Assembly (NCBI GenBank): GCA_973895155.1
Contig: OZ316892.1
Location: 22,483,168-22,547,167 of the forward strand
Source of the DNA: Marsupella aquatica
Lineage: Eukaryota > Plantae > Marchantiophyta
Length of the DNA: 64,000 nt
Direction of reading: 5' to 3'
Below are positions 39,226-51,418 of the stretch, in pieces; position 1 is the first letter of the stretch, and every line of letters starts with the position of its first letter. Both the position numbers and the translations under genes were made by a program. The notes beneath the pieces are model-generated. The model was not told the origin of the DNA. It ran no database searches and was given only the letters and a program-made list of their open reading frames with translations.

Positions 39226-40714
39226 GTTCGTTTGCTCTGATTGAATTGGAGGAAAAAATAGTAAGTTCCCAGTAGCTAGGCAAATTGATGGTACTAATTT
39301 CTCATCAGTACAAGATCATTATGTTTCAAGATTTCCTTCGAATTCAATTATGTCTCTAATTAAGTCAAATGAAGTATGCACGGAAGTTAGCCGAATTGAT
39401 GAAATAGTCAAAGCAGCACTGACTTATCGTTAAGAACCAAAAACGTACTGTACTTCGAACAGAAAGTGTCTCATGGTAATTTTTCAAACCCTTTTTCTGA
39501 AAAGCTCAATTTTGACCATCGACATTGGAAAGACATACTTTCATGTTGCCTTTGGTGCGAGTCTAGTACTATTTCACGTATTGCATGTCACAAAGTTACA
39601 TAAAAATTCAGCTAATTAAGTGTTTCAGAGATCAGGTAGACCTTATTTTGTAAGCCATGGCAGGGCAAGTTATCAGTGGCTAGCTTTATATCATGGGACA
39701 ATTTACGTGGATGGGCTCTCAGTACTGGTATTTGAAAAGGTGTGTCTTTCCGGAAGGCATACATGAGCTTCTTTGTGGCTTCTTTCTGTATGAAGGAGCG
39801 TTAATGGATGATGAATTACATTCCATCCATGGGCGCTTAGAAAAATATGAACCTCAGGTTCTAGATCAAAAGTCTTTGTCTAAGCTTGCTGTTTCTCGAA
39901 GGCACACAGCTCTTTGAAACAGTCTTGAATGCTCGATCTGAAGTCCAACGCTTCAAACAACACAGCTATAGTCGTGTTGTACGGGGCAACGGCTCGCTTA
40001 TTGATCAGGCAATTATACTCTCACATGTAGAATAGAATTACAACACCTTACACGACGTTCCAATGTGAATCGTGGGATGAGATCGTTTCCTATTTCTTTT
40101 ACTCGTAACGATCTACACTTAACATTTCAATTCTCTAATCACTTTCAAGCCTTGCAATGTGTGAAGGCCGAAAAAGATTACACTAGCTGAATTGGAATGT
40201 TCATCTGGCTAGGAAACTTTACTATGAAATTATCAAATTTGAAGAGGTGTGTCTCCTTCCAAGAGACACATTGGATATTATCGTTCTAGTAACTTAAACA
40301 ATGAACGTCACGTGAATCAACGAACTTGGTCTCATAGTTAGCTTCACGTTAAGCCCATTTAAAGATGATCATATTTGAAAGACATGTTTCCCAACCGTAA
40401 CCAATGTATCATGAGAAATTTTCCATGGACTCGATAATTGGGCTTCAATTGATAGCCTGTGAGTGTGTCAACTTTCGTTGAAGGTCAAAGTTAAATCAGG
40501 TGTCACTGACCAATCATGGTCCCACTTTCAGCTGAAAAATTTTATCTTCTTTCGGTTGAAAATTGGACGGCCTCAACACTATAAGGCCGTCTAGCCGACG
40601 TCAAGTTCCAATACTCTAACAAATAATGACGTAAACGGTGTTATTGTGAATCATTCAAAATCACATTAGCTAGTTTGGAAACTCCACGACATCAAGGTGA
40701 AGGTCTAGGTCAAG

Positions 40715-41071
40715 ATGTCAGATGTTCCTCCAACTACACCACAGGCGGAGAGTGTGTTTGCGAAGTACCTCAAAGTGATTATTTTTTGCAAGTCTGCAAC
40801 GCCACCAGCGAGTTCTAGCACAGGAGAAACCCCTGCACGAGAGGGGACAAGGGCCGCGAGATTCAAAAAGAAAGTCAGAAATAGTGTAATGTTAGTCAGA
40901 GGAAGTGTACAAAAACGTATAGATGAAACATGGAAACACATGGATGCAGTCAGCAAACGCAAATGTTGTGGATTGGGCCCTCAACCGCCACCGCTTCCAG
41001 ACACCCCCACTACTCCCTCCAGCAACTGGGTGCCTTCAGGAGAGAGTCAAGCGAGCCCACCCCCGACATAA
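40715..41071 (+). CDS. Hypothetical 118-aa protein (possible orphan gene)
   Basis: ATG-initiated ORF with Ser/Pro/Thr-rich ends and a basic core; TATAA at ~40580; no recognised family. Confidence 0.3.
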   Translation: MSDVPPTTPQAESVFAKYLKVIIFCKSATPPASSSTGETPAREGTRAARFKKKVRNSVMLVRGSVQKRIDETWKHMDAVSKRKCCGLGPQPPPLPDTPTTPSSNWVPSGESQASPPPT

Positions 41072-43123
41072 GGATCGTTGGTGTTCATGAGCCCAAAAAT
41101 ATTGGTCTTCATGGACTCCGATCCATTCCATGTTTTTGCCTTCTGGGGACATTAATTAGCATACTAGCAGAGATTGGGTCAAATTTTTTAACAAGCTTCG
41201 TCTGCTCAAGATTTACCTTGAGCGTTTGCCAAAATTTCAGAGCATTACCGGTTTTAGATCCAGCCGGTTGCTGAAAGGAAAGAGCTTGCAATTGTTGCAA
41301 GAAGCCACCCAAAACAATGTCTCCACAGTAAAATTATATGAAAATTGATACCAAATGAGGTAAATCTCATGAAACATTCTCAAAATCCATGACACAACTG
41401 TATAACATCGAAGTAGTTATTTGTACAGCTTTAGACCATGAGAATGAAAACTATGGACGAAGATCTTTGCTTAAAAATATTGTATCGAAATGCCTGATCT
41501 ACTTTGCCGTTAATGATTACGAAGTAGTGTAGCAGCATTTTCTCTCCGGGCAAAATCTATCGGTTGCTCATAAACCCTCACGATCCATGTTGCTATAGTA
41601 CATTGTGCTATACAATATGATGGCCAACATCGACATTCAACGCTACCATGAAAAGAGTTGCAAATTCCATTGTGCGAAAACAGAAACCAAACATTACTCA
41701 TTCGTTTGGCACAAAGCTGTCGTCACAAGACCTCGTTTTAATTCGACGCTGCCCACTTGACCGATCTGTAGAACTCTCTTTGGAAAATTGAAGGCTTTTA
41801 TAGGAATTTAGTAATCAAACAGATACCTGGTGGACTGGGTATGACAAGGTTCAGATTCAAGGTACGACGCCAGGGCGAAAGGTTTAACCGCACCGTAAAC
41901 TTCGATCTTACCATACTGGCCAAAACAAAATTTCCTAAGTTTTCGGTTTTACATAACTAAACAGATCACCTGATGAGGCATGTGAGCATTCATTTTGTTT
42001 GGCCAAAACTTGGCTTGGATGCGTTCAGTTCGGAGTACGAGCAGTTCAATTCATCTCCTCGAATGTTTAATAAGTCACCATGGAAACGAAGAAAGGATCT
42101 TTTGACACGTGTTGCAATGTGGCACAACTTGGAGTGCAAAGGAGTTTACTAAAGATACCTTCAAGACGAAAATTTCCAAAGATCACCTTCGTCTCTCAAA
42201 ACCTCCATAAAAATGCCCCAATAACGATTTCGTGCTTGGAATGAATGAAACACAGGAAAGCACAAAATCTCAAGAATACTTTTCCAATAGACTCCTCGAG
42301 TTCGACGAAACATCAGTGGCATTTGTTAGAACAAAGCGAAAATGAAAGAACTCCATTGCGATACTTTTAGGACAGTAACCTCTTCTGCCTCATATGAAGC
42401 TCTTACAATGTGTTAACGCTATCAGGAACGGAATGAAAAGATCAGATCAAGAAGACTGTCTCTATGACGGTCATGGCGGGAGGGCCTAGCCTAGAAAGCT
42501 ATCATGCATATGGATTAGACTCCTCTCCAAGAGCCAGCTCTCTAAGGGGAAGCAAATCACAGGACCAGTAAAATGATTTTTCTAGAAACTTGAGTCTTCA
42601 GCGGTTGTGCCATGGGCAATGACCAGTATCCAATTGAACAATTCAGCATTAATTGAAAAAGTTCAGCATGGCTTCCTCTAGCCATCAAAATTAATTGGCA
42701 TTAATCCCCTCCACGCAACGGCTCTTTGCTGCGCTTGCAAGAGAGTGTCCCCAAGGATACAAAATCCTCATCAACATAAAGTGGACGAGGCTTCGTTTCA
42801 AAAAGACGTGGAGGGCTTACGATGTGCTGTGGATCAATGTCTGGCACATCTTCCTCCTGTAAATGCTCTGGTGGCCCATGGCACTCCAGTAAACTATCGT
42901 CAGTATCATTATCAGAGGTGAAAACTATTAATTCTGGCTTTTTAAATCCTTGTGCCCAATTGAGGAACCGCTATTAAAAAGCTGGCTTCAATACAGAAAA
43001 CCCATTCAGATCTTTACGCAGAAAGGACTACACTGAGTCTGATCTCTTGCAACAGAAATCATGGCACTACCTATTACCACACTTATCAAGAAAACATTCG
43101 ACTCAAGTGGCACATCGTAATCC

Positions 43124-46100
43124 CTACAACCTGTCAGTTCTCCCAAGGTCGTCAACCTCATTTGTGATTGATAGACCATGAATTGCAGCAACGTCCTTCG
43201 GGCTTTTTGTAAGTTCCAGAGTTATTGGAGTATGGTCACTTCCATAAAACCCTGTCAACATCAAGGTATTAATTACTTTAGGAGACAATACTTCTTCACC
43301 ATAACCGAGGCTTTGCAAACTCAGAGAACAGAAGACAAATGATAGCTGAGAGAGTTGACTGATATTCCGCGTTTTGCTCTGGTCATTCAAATTTGACGCC
43401 CAAAAGAGGCATACCTTCCAACTCAATACCAGAACCAAGGATATCACAACGGAGTAGCCTCCCTACTAGCTGTCGTGGTATCAAGAAATAATCAATCCTC
43501 ATACGCTTTCCACGATACCTGCGGCGTTAAAAAAGGGTCCATAATTTTCTCAGTAAGCAAGCCAAAGGAGAGCCGACAAAGCAGCACGAAGCAGCACGAA
43601 GCAGCAGAATTGACGATGGTGCCAGTTCTACCGGAACTTACATGCCAACTGGATTTCCAGACCATGTAAAGCCACTATCAAATTCTTGCTCCTTGTGCAG
43701 CCAGCGGTAGGAATCAACCAAGTCACCCCTGCACAGACGATGCAAAGGCTGAAATTTAATAACTGCTTGAAGTAATGGAAGACTCACAACAGGTCCTGGA
43801 TGGCGCCAGATATACAGCCTTTGCTTGGGATACTAGAAGAACAGGAGGCACGACAGTATACTAAATGAAGGTGGCTTCAAAATAGCACGTAAGTCATAAA
43901 GTTGGATTACAAACTCGTCTAGAACCTTGGAGAAGCGTTGCCTCTCAGCTTGGGTAAAGCCAGGTTGACCAACATCCTGAGAATGGTATGTCAGCAAAAA
44001 GGCGTGGTACGGTCAGCATCCTCTTGCCCTACTCCCGACCCAGACAGAAAGGGGGGACAAAAGAGGACTTGAATGGGGAACGCCATGATAATAATAACCA
44101 GTAAAATTACGACTGAACGGGAAGAGGTAATCTTTGCAGTTTTTGCAAGTTCGATCGTGAGAACTTGGAACTTTAATCTTCGGCCTGCCAAAGTGATTTC
44201 CGTCCATCCAAAATCACTACCTTCGTCTTTTCCATATTATAAAGAGCATCCAGTGTCTCTATATCTGTTTTAACTGCAACGATGGGCCAAGTAAGAGCTA
44301 AGTACCTCTTTGTTAGGTGGTATATAACCTTTTTGTTTGGCATTTTGAAAAAAGTCAGGGTCGGTTACATCAACGTCTTGATGACTGCAAGCACATCATA
44401 CCAAACATATCCATTAGATAGCCGAAACCCCATCCTGCTTTTGTTCATGGACCGTCAAGCTGGTTCATGAAAAAATTCAGCACATCATACCAAACATATC
44501 CCTTAGATAGCCAAAACCCCATCCTGCTGTTGTTCATAGAACGTCAAGCTGGTTCATGAAAAAAATTCCAAAGTGAGTTCCGGCTGCATTAAGTCACTTA
44601 CGCAGATACCTTTTCTTTTAGTTCACCCTGCCAGACCAGTCTTAAGAGGAAAACCCAAACGTACTTGGGAAAGATTATGCATGCAAAACGCTCAGAATTC
44701 ATCATCTTCCTGGGTTGTTGGAACTTCTTACTCATCTATGAGACTCTTTACTGCAAAAGAATTGCCTTATAAACCGGTGACAAGAGGCTGTCGATCTTGA
44801 AGTAGTGTCACCAGGCCTAGTACCTTACGTTGAGATCGCCACACCAAATAATGGCTTTTTGCAAGGCTGGGTGACAAAGTTGTACACTCGCTTGTCCCAT
44901 TGCCTGCGTCTTTTGAATCCAAGTTCTTCATCCTTCCAACCGTTGTTTGGAACATATGTATTCAGGAGCCTAAAGGTTTTGAATTCTGCAACTACTACCC
45001 TTCCATCCGACTCATGTACTCCTGTACACAGCCCAACCCCGTTTCCACCAATTTCAACTTTTCATGAACCTGCTCGTCTCCTCGTCTGGGCTTCGAAAGT
45101 GTATGTATTTATTAATGTAGGCATTAAATAGAAACACAGAACAGTCTCATGCCGAGCTTTCTACCTTTGTAAATTTGAAGAGCTTTGTTAGTCTGAACCC
45201 ATACTTACTACCTAACTAGACCAATGAAATAAGTACTTAGACTAAACTCGAGAACGCTTGTAATTGCAATTAAGAACAACGCGCATGGACTGATTTCTTC
45301 ACAAAATTCTTGATCTGCAAAATCTTCAATTGTGACACCAATGGAGATACGTGTGAGCTGTGGCAATGACTAGACTACCAAATACCACTTAAAAATCACC
45401 TGGGGCAGAGATTGTATCGAGAGAAAATGTCACAGAGACCGGTTTGAAGCATTTTTTAATAAGGAGAGCTGTGCCACTGTACTTGCTACCCGCCAGCGAC
45501 CACCAAGCTTGATACTCTGATAAAGGCTCTTCTGAAAGAGAACGCAGTATTGTCTGCCAAATCATACAAATCATCCCGCAAAATGATTGAATGATCTCAC
45601 GAGAAACACATGCTAGACTTGTTCCAACCGTTGTTGGAAGTTTGCTAGCATGAAACCGATGGTAAAAAAATACATCATTTGTTGTCTAAAGCACCTTTCC
45701 GAGAGCACCTCACGCTGAGCTAGTTCAAATTAGAGGCTCAAACAGACCAGTACAATTCATACGATCATGCCAGGAGAGAGAATTCAACCTTCAACCGCCC
45801 TGACATTTTCATCTAATCCGTCATGTAATACGGTAAGAGAACACTACCTGTTTGTCGACTCGAGCTGCACTGGTATCATCCTTCATTGCAGAAGGATTGC
45901 GTCCAGCTGCAGGCACTCGGATCTCCTGCATACGTACATAAGAGGCAGTGTAACCATTAGAAACCCTTTAACAAAGTCTCTTCGGTTGGCTCAAGTTAAT
46001 GAAGCCTCAAGGACAGAAGAAAGCCACGAAGTTCCTCCCTTCAAGGGGAATAATAAACTTTGAGATTGAAAATATGTCATCGAAAAGGATATTAAATCTT

Positions 46101-47125
46101 TAAACTGAGCTATCCATGAAAGGGCCATGTCACGCTTTGACAGAAGGTTGTTTTTGTGGAGTGCGATATGCTCAACCTTTTTCACCATGCCACGTTCCCA
46201 GAAAGAACAGAGAAGCCCTGAACACTACAGTGTAATAACAAGAACTGCAAGACATATGGAAATGTCAACGTCTCTAATCCTTCCCGTTACCGCAGTTTGT
46301 ACATTTATGATCAAGTTTTCGTTCCATTTTTCCGAGGGGGACACGTTCACTAGTTTCAAGTGAAAAAATTTGAGCGCGTTGTTAAAGGCCAAATTGACGT
46401 TCCCACCTGATCAAATCGAATCAGAATTTAGACCCTACCCACAAAATAAAGGAAACACTTCTCCAAGATTTCTCAGTCATATCAGAAATCTTTTAATCCC
46501 CCTTGTGCAGATTAGGTAATTCTTGATACTTCGTCCCCTGTTCGTTTTGATGACCTCTTGGTGTTGCTTCCAACCCTGGATTCGGGGTAGGTACTGTACG
46601 TTGCTAGTCCCAGAGCCCAAATGACCATTAAGGTCATATTGAGTTGAAGAAATCGTAGATTTCATTTCATTCTTGTCAAAATTTGGTGGGACAAGATCGC
46701 ATATAGACAAAGATGTTTCTAACAAACATTGCAAAATTTAGTTAAAGTGAGATATCCATCTGTGGATGTTCAAGTCATCCATTCGCTCATTCTTGTGCAA
46801 ACTGGGTTTCAAAATGAGAGTTCAGAAATAAACCTGCCTGCAATGCGATGACATCGGGATTGCACCGCCGTACGAGCTCGAAAAGTTCGGCTCGATTATT
46901 CTTCACCCGGAGCAAGAAACTGTTGGCATTCCAGGAAAGAAACTTTGTCGGATCTTCTCGTCCCCCTCCTGCTGCTGCTGCTCCCTCTCTCGCGCCATTC
47001 CCTAAATTCTCTTCTTTCTCTTCGTTCTCTTCTTTCTCTTCTTTCTCTCCATTCCCATCCACAAGAACTCCATTCCGCTTTTTGATGGACCCATCTTTCT
47101 GCAATGGCTGGAAAAATCGTTTCAT
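43124..47125 (-). CDS. APE1L: AP endonuclease APE1L (ExoIII/EEP family), 9 exons, with a 1-nt frameshift in exon 4. Exons 47125-46838, 45925-45848, 45553-45400, 45021-44824, 44384-44306, 43976-43915, 43728-43642, 43518-43415, 43251-43124
   Basis: MKRFFQP start, KFLSWNANSFLLRVKN, PDVIALQE, WWSLAGSKYSGTALL, LNTYVPNNGWK, WCGDLNVSH, GQPGFT, YRGKRMRIDYF and GSDHTP match Arabidopsis APE1L; splice phases are consistent. Confidence 0.92.
44391..44568. repeat. ~89-bp tandem duplication in APE1L intron 4
   Basis: gcacatcataccaaacatatcc.ttagatagcc.aaaccccatcctgct...gtcaagctggttcatgaaaaaattc at 44391 and 44480. Confidence 0.9.
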
Positions 47126-48364
47126 GAACTCCAAATGAATGGATGAAAAAAGGTTGAATCTGGAAGCTGAGTGACCAGACGGAAAAATACTGCAGGCAAA
47201 TAAGGTGGGTTTGGAGAAGTCCTGGCATTCCTGTCTTTTCACTCCATCTTTCGAACAGCGGAAATCCTCTGGTACAGCTCAAGCACGAGATCTCTCGACA
47301 GAAGGCAAGGCAAGACCAGAGCCCAAGAGCTAAGCTAAGCTGAGCTGAATGTACGTCGAATGTTCTTTCACAAATTGAGCAAATCCAATTCACTTTGGTA
47401 GACTCTGGTGAGTGATTTGAAGTCCAAGCGTGGGTTCCATAGAGCCCACTTCCATGTTCCCCCACCCTAAGATAACCCCCTCACCAGCCTAGCCTGGGGT
47501 TCCCAAGTCTCATAGTCCTCAACCAAACTGGCAGTCTCTAAATTTCGAAATTTTAATGTTAAGGGTTACGGTTGCTAACCCATGGCCTGTTGGGGCCATG
47601 GCTGGAACCCCCTCGGGCTCACCACCCTCAGGGACTACAGCCCGTAAACCCTCTGAGCCATGGGTTACCATACACCATAATTTTTGAGATCTCTATTTGT
47701 TGTTAAAGTCACCTTGTGTGACGGTGGAAATGCTATGAACATTTATTATCTAATTTTCTTAGATTAATTTCTGACTGCCAGATCTCTATAGATAAACTGA
47801 TCACTGTTAAATTATGGCTAATGGGGTCTGTGGCTAGGTCGGAAATTGGCTAATGGACAACAAAAAACCTGATGATTCTTTTGCCAAGAGTGGCTTAGAC
47901 TTTTTAAAGAGCTGGTATCTAGAGAATTTTTGCCACTAAAAGAAATGCTGGCCCCTCCCACCCAACATTCCTGTCCAGGATCCAGGCAAAGATTTAGGGC
48001 CAATTCCCATGATTGTGAACACACTTGAAGAACCTGGGTTTTGCATGGAACCCAAATTCTCCCATGGAAGGCTCCCAAAAGCTTCAGGCTTCCAAGTGTT
48101 TCCCGTACATTTCAAAAGAATTATGTGAAGAATGTCAGGTGTTTTGCTTCCAGCCCATAACCCTCTCCAGGCCATGCCTTGCCCTACACTTAAACCCTCC
48201 TTGTGAATCTTAGTTTGCATGTACATTGGAGGTTATGGGTCACATAACTCATACAAAGGACTGCAGCCTGGCCATGGATCAGGGACATGGCCCTAAGTAT
48301 TTCCAACATTCACTTGTTGGGTTACTCTCACTAACCTATAAGAAAATATAGTGTTTTAACAATT

Positions 48365-48696
48365 TATATAAATAAAGGTAATTGTACAAAGTATTCTGAT
48401 AATTGCACATCAACATGTGACAATGTACTGAGTACTATGTCACTCCATCTCATGATAAAGTCATTTGTTCTAGAGAGAAATAAAGGTAGCTGTACAAAGT
48501 AATGTGATAATTGCACATCAAAATGTGACAATATAAATGAAGATAATTGTACAAAGCACAGTGATAAACTGCACATATGTCAATCCATACCATAATAAAC
48601 TCATTTGTTCTATGGAGTACTATGTCAGTCCATACCCTGATAAACTCATTTGTTAGAGGGAGTACTATGTCACTCCATACCCTGATGAACTCTCAT
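48365..48696. repeat. Degenerate tandem repeats (gagtactatgtcactccat.ccctgataaactcatttgtt family), resuming at 49385-49442
   Basis: Unit seen at ~48430, 48615 and 48660, and again at ~49402 after an insertion. Confidence 0.8.
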
Positions 48697-49384
48697 TACA
48701 GACCCCACTAGAGGTCCCTTCCAAAATTCGAGACTCCACAGCGCGCCACATCATCATGATGCGCTACAAACAGGTACGGATTGTTTTAGAAAATAAAATT
48801 ACTTCAATATTCGTGTTTGTGGCAGGATTTTGGCAAAATTGAGGGACGCCATACCGTAAACCTTGATGTAAAAATATTTCAAAAGTAACCATTTTATTTA
48901 CCCTAGGTAACAAATTGTTCAATTAGTAGGAGGCACACCTTCCGTGTTTTTTACCCTGAGTAACCGCTGCCCACTTGCATTCTGAATTGTGTTTCAATTG
49001 AATAATAACTAAATCTCTCTCAGCAAGTTGATCCGATGACAAAGTAATCGTGACAATTTTCTCGACCTTCTGCTGCCACGAAGGAAGAAGTGGACATGAT
49101 TCTATGTTGGATCACTCAACACTCCTTTCCATGGCGTCATCATTGCAGTTCCTAACTCGGTGATGCCTCTCGCTACTTTTAGATTGTCCAACGCGTGAGG
49201 CACGAGCGAACGAAAGAGAAGCAAGTTTAGCAGGGTTCAGTTAGGGCCTCGTCTACATGTAGATGGTGTTGAAGAGCCTGGGTATGAAAGAAGGACATAG
49301 TTATAAAAAGTGTCAGCAGATGATCAAGGGAGTCATGCAGACGGTAATGGGAAGGTGGACTTTCAGGAGTTCAAGGGGTCCACG
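48697..49384. mobile_element. ~690-bp insertion interrupting a tandem array; TE-like left end plus captured gene fragment
   Basis: Left ~310 bp is the inverted copy of 35445-35731; ends gacccc (48701) / ggggtc (49375) are inverted; the tandem unit resumes directly after. Confidence 0.55.
49263..49378 (+). pseudogene. Fragment of a calmodulin-like (CML) gene, last EF-hand, with 1-nt frameshift
   Basis: MVLKSLGMKEGHSYKKCQQMIKGV, then after a 1-nt loss at ~49335 (D)ADGNGKVDFQEFKG: a DxDGNGxVDFxEF EF-hand preceded by the VLxSLGxxxG..C..MI linker typical of plant CMLs. Confidence 0.75.
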
Positions 49385-49544
49385 AACTAATTTGTTTTAG
49401 GGAGTACTATGTCACTCCATACCCTGATAAACTCATTTGTTTTGTTTAAATCACAACTGCCCCTATAAAGGGTTACAGGTAACCAATAGCTCTCATTGAT
49501 TATAGGTAATCAATAGCTCTCATTGTAAAGAACACACATTCAAA

Positions 49545-49720
49545 AATGGACTTTGAGCTCCACAAAAGGTGTTGAGTGCAAAACTTTTTTTTGACAAGTA
49601 CTCCACAAAAAGTGCTAGTGTTACACCATTAAATGGACTTTGAACTCCACAAAAGGTGTTGAGTGCAAAATTTTTTTTTTACAAGTATTCCACAAAAAAT
49701 ACTAGTGTTACACCTTTTAT
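49545..49720. repeat. ~87-bp tandem duplication; core also present inverted at ~18809-18843
   Basis: aaatggactttga.ctccacaaaaggtgttgagtgcaaaa at 49545 and 49631; tgcactcaccaccttttgtggagctcaagcccatt at 18809. Confidence 0.85.
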
Positions 49721-50399
49721 GGTGAGTAGTGAGACATGGAATGAGGCTTTTAGTGTGATTTAAATCATTTCAGTGTTATTTTAAAATACATATCTACACA
49801 AGGTGTCAGATTTTTATGTGCAATTACGGGGACCAATTCAAGTATCAACAAAACAGGAAGTGTAATCCTCGGCAAAATTAAAGAGCCAGCATGCATGAAA
49901 TCCTTGCCGAGAGAGTGGATTGAATTGGAACCACTGCCTTTGTTCGGAAGCATGCTAGTTCGAAAGCATGCCAGTACCCGGTACAGTCGCCCTGCACTTA
50001 TTCATTAACCACGGGACGAGAATGTGGCATTTCAAAGATCGAATGCATTCTCAATGAGTGCTGATAATTCTTCATCTTCAGGTCTGCATAAACACTGGGC
50101 CACATTCTCGTCCTGTTGTTAATGAATGATGGTGCAGCTGGAACTTCACACTTACTGAAAAAGACATCAAGCAATGGATTGCAGAGCTCAATGTACGCTG
50201 GGCCACATTCTCGTTCTGTGGTTGATGAACGATGGTGCAGAATCGAACAATTGGAAAAACTCTAACGTCAGAAGGAGTACTAGAAACTAAATTACCTCTC
50301 TTACGTCTCTTGCTGACTGACTGCCGCTCAGCATGCAAGTAAATCTACTAGCCCAAGCTGCCACATCTGCCAACATTCTGTGGTGCAATTGCACTTCCG

Positions 50400-51142
50400 T
50401 GGGGACAACCAACACCAGTGAGGAAATCTTTTCTGTACACTGGAAAGATAAATTGATGGACAACCGACACCAGTGAGGAAATCTTTTCTGTACACTGGAA
50501 AGATAAATTGATCCAATTGCCCTTCGGTGGGGATAAACGGACAGAATCGACGCCAATCTTGTTTTCAGGAAAACTCTTCTGTAAATTGAAAAGAAAAACT
50601 GGCAGATTCATAGATTGGCCAGCATGCTGGAAATGACAAAGAGAGTTGATCCAAGTGCCTTTCAGTAGGGCTAAACGAACAGAACCGACGCCAATCTTGG
50701 CTTTGAGGATATTTTCTGTACATTGAAACGAAAAATTAACAGATTCCTATCTTTGCCAGCAAACTGGAAATGACGCAAAGAGAATAAAACAGAGTATGGT
50801 CCAGTTGCCCTTCACAGGGACTACCGAAGAATCCACGCCGATCTTGTAATTTGACGATAGAGAATCTCTGTACATTTGGAAAGAAAAACTGATAGAATCA
50901 TATCTATGCCACGAAACTGATAATGACGCAAAGGGATATACCAATGCAAGAGAGTATAGTCCGATTGCCCTTCAATGGGACTGAACGAACAAAAATTGAT
51001 GCCAATCTTATTTCGAGGAAATTTTCCTGTACATTTGAAAAGAAAAACTGACAGGATCATATCTTTGCCAGCAAGCCGGAAATGACGCAAAGAGAATTAC
51101 CGATACACGCGAGTATCGTCCAATCGCCCTTTAGTGGAACTC
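50400..51142. repeat. Degenerate tandem array, ~4.5 units of 140-160 bp plus a ~54-bp duplication
   Basis: Units start at ~50510, 50649, 50799, 50959 and 51118 (tcc..ttgcccttc ... gccaatctt ... ctgtacatt ... aatgacgcaaag). Confidence 0.85.
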
Positions 51143-51418
51143 AATCTGAAACAGGGGGCTCTACATTATCAACGGAGTCCGCAACATGGCAGGGGACCCG
51201 TTCTCCCTATGCTTGAGGACGCATTACCATTGAGGATGGTCATAGGTGCAGCCTTTAGCTTACTTTCAGTCATACGAAGCTACCCTTCACTTGATTTGCC
51301 TAAAAATTTTCGAATCCCCAGGAGTCGGGTGATCAACCTGCTGACGATGTGGAAACCACCAAGGGAGACAGAGAGAGCGAGAGAGAAAGAAACACTAGAA
51401 GTCCTTGATTGTCGCTCA

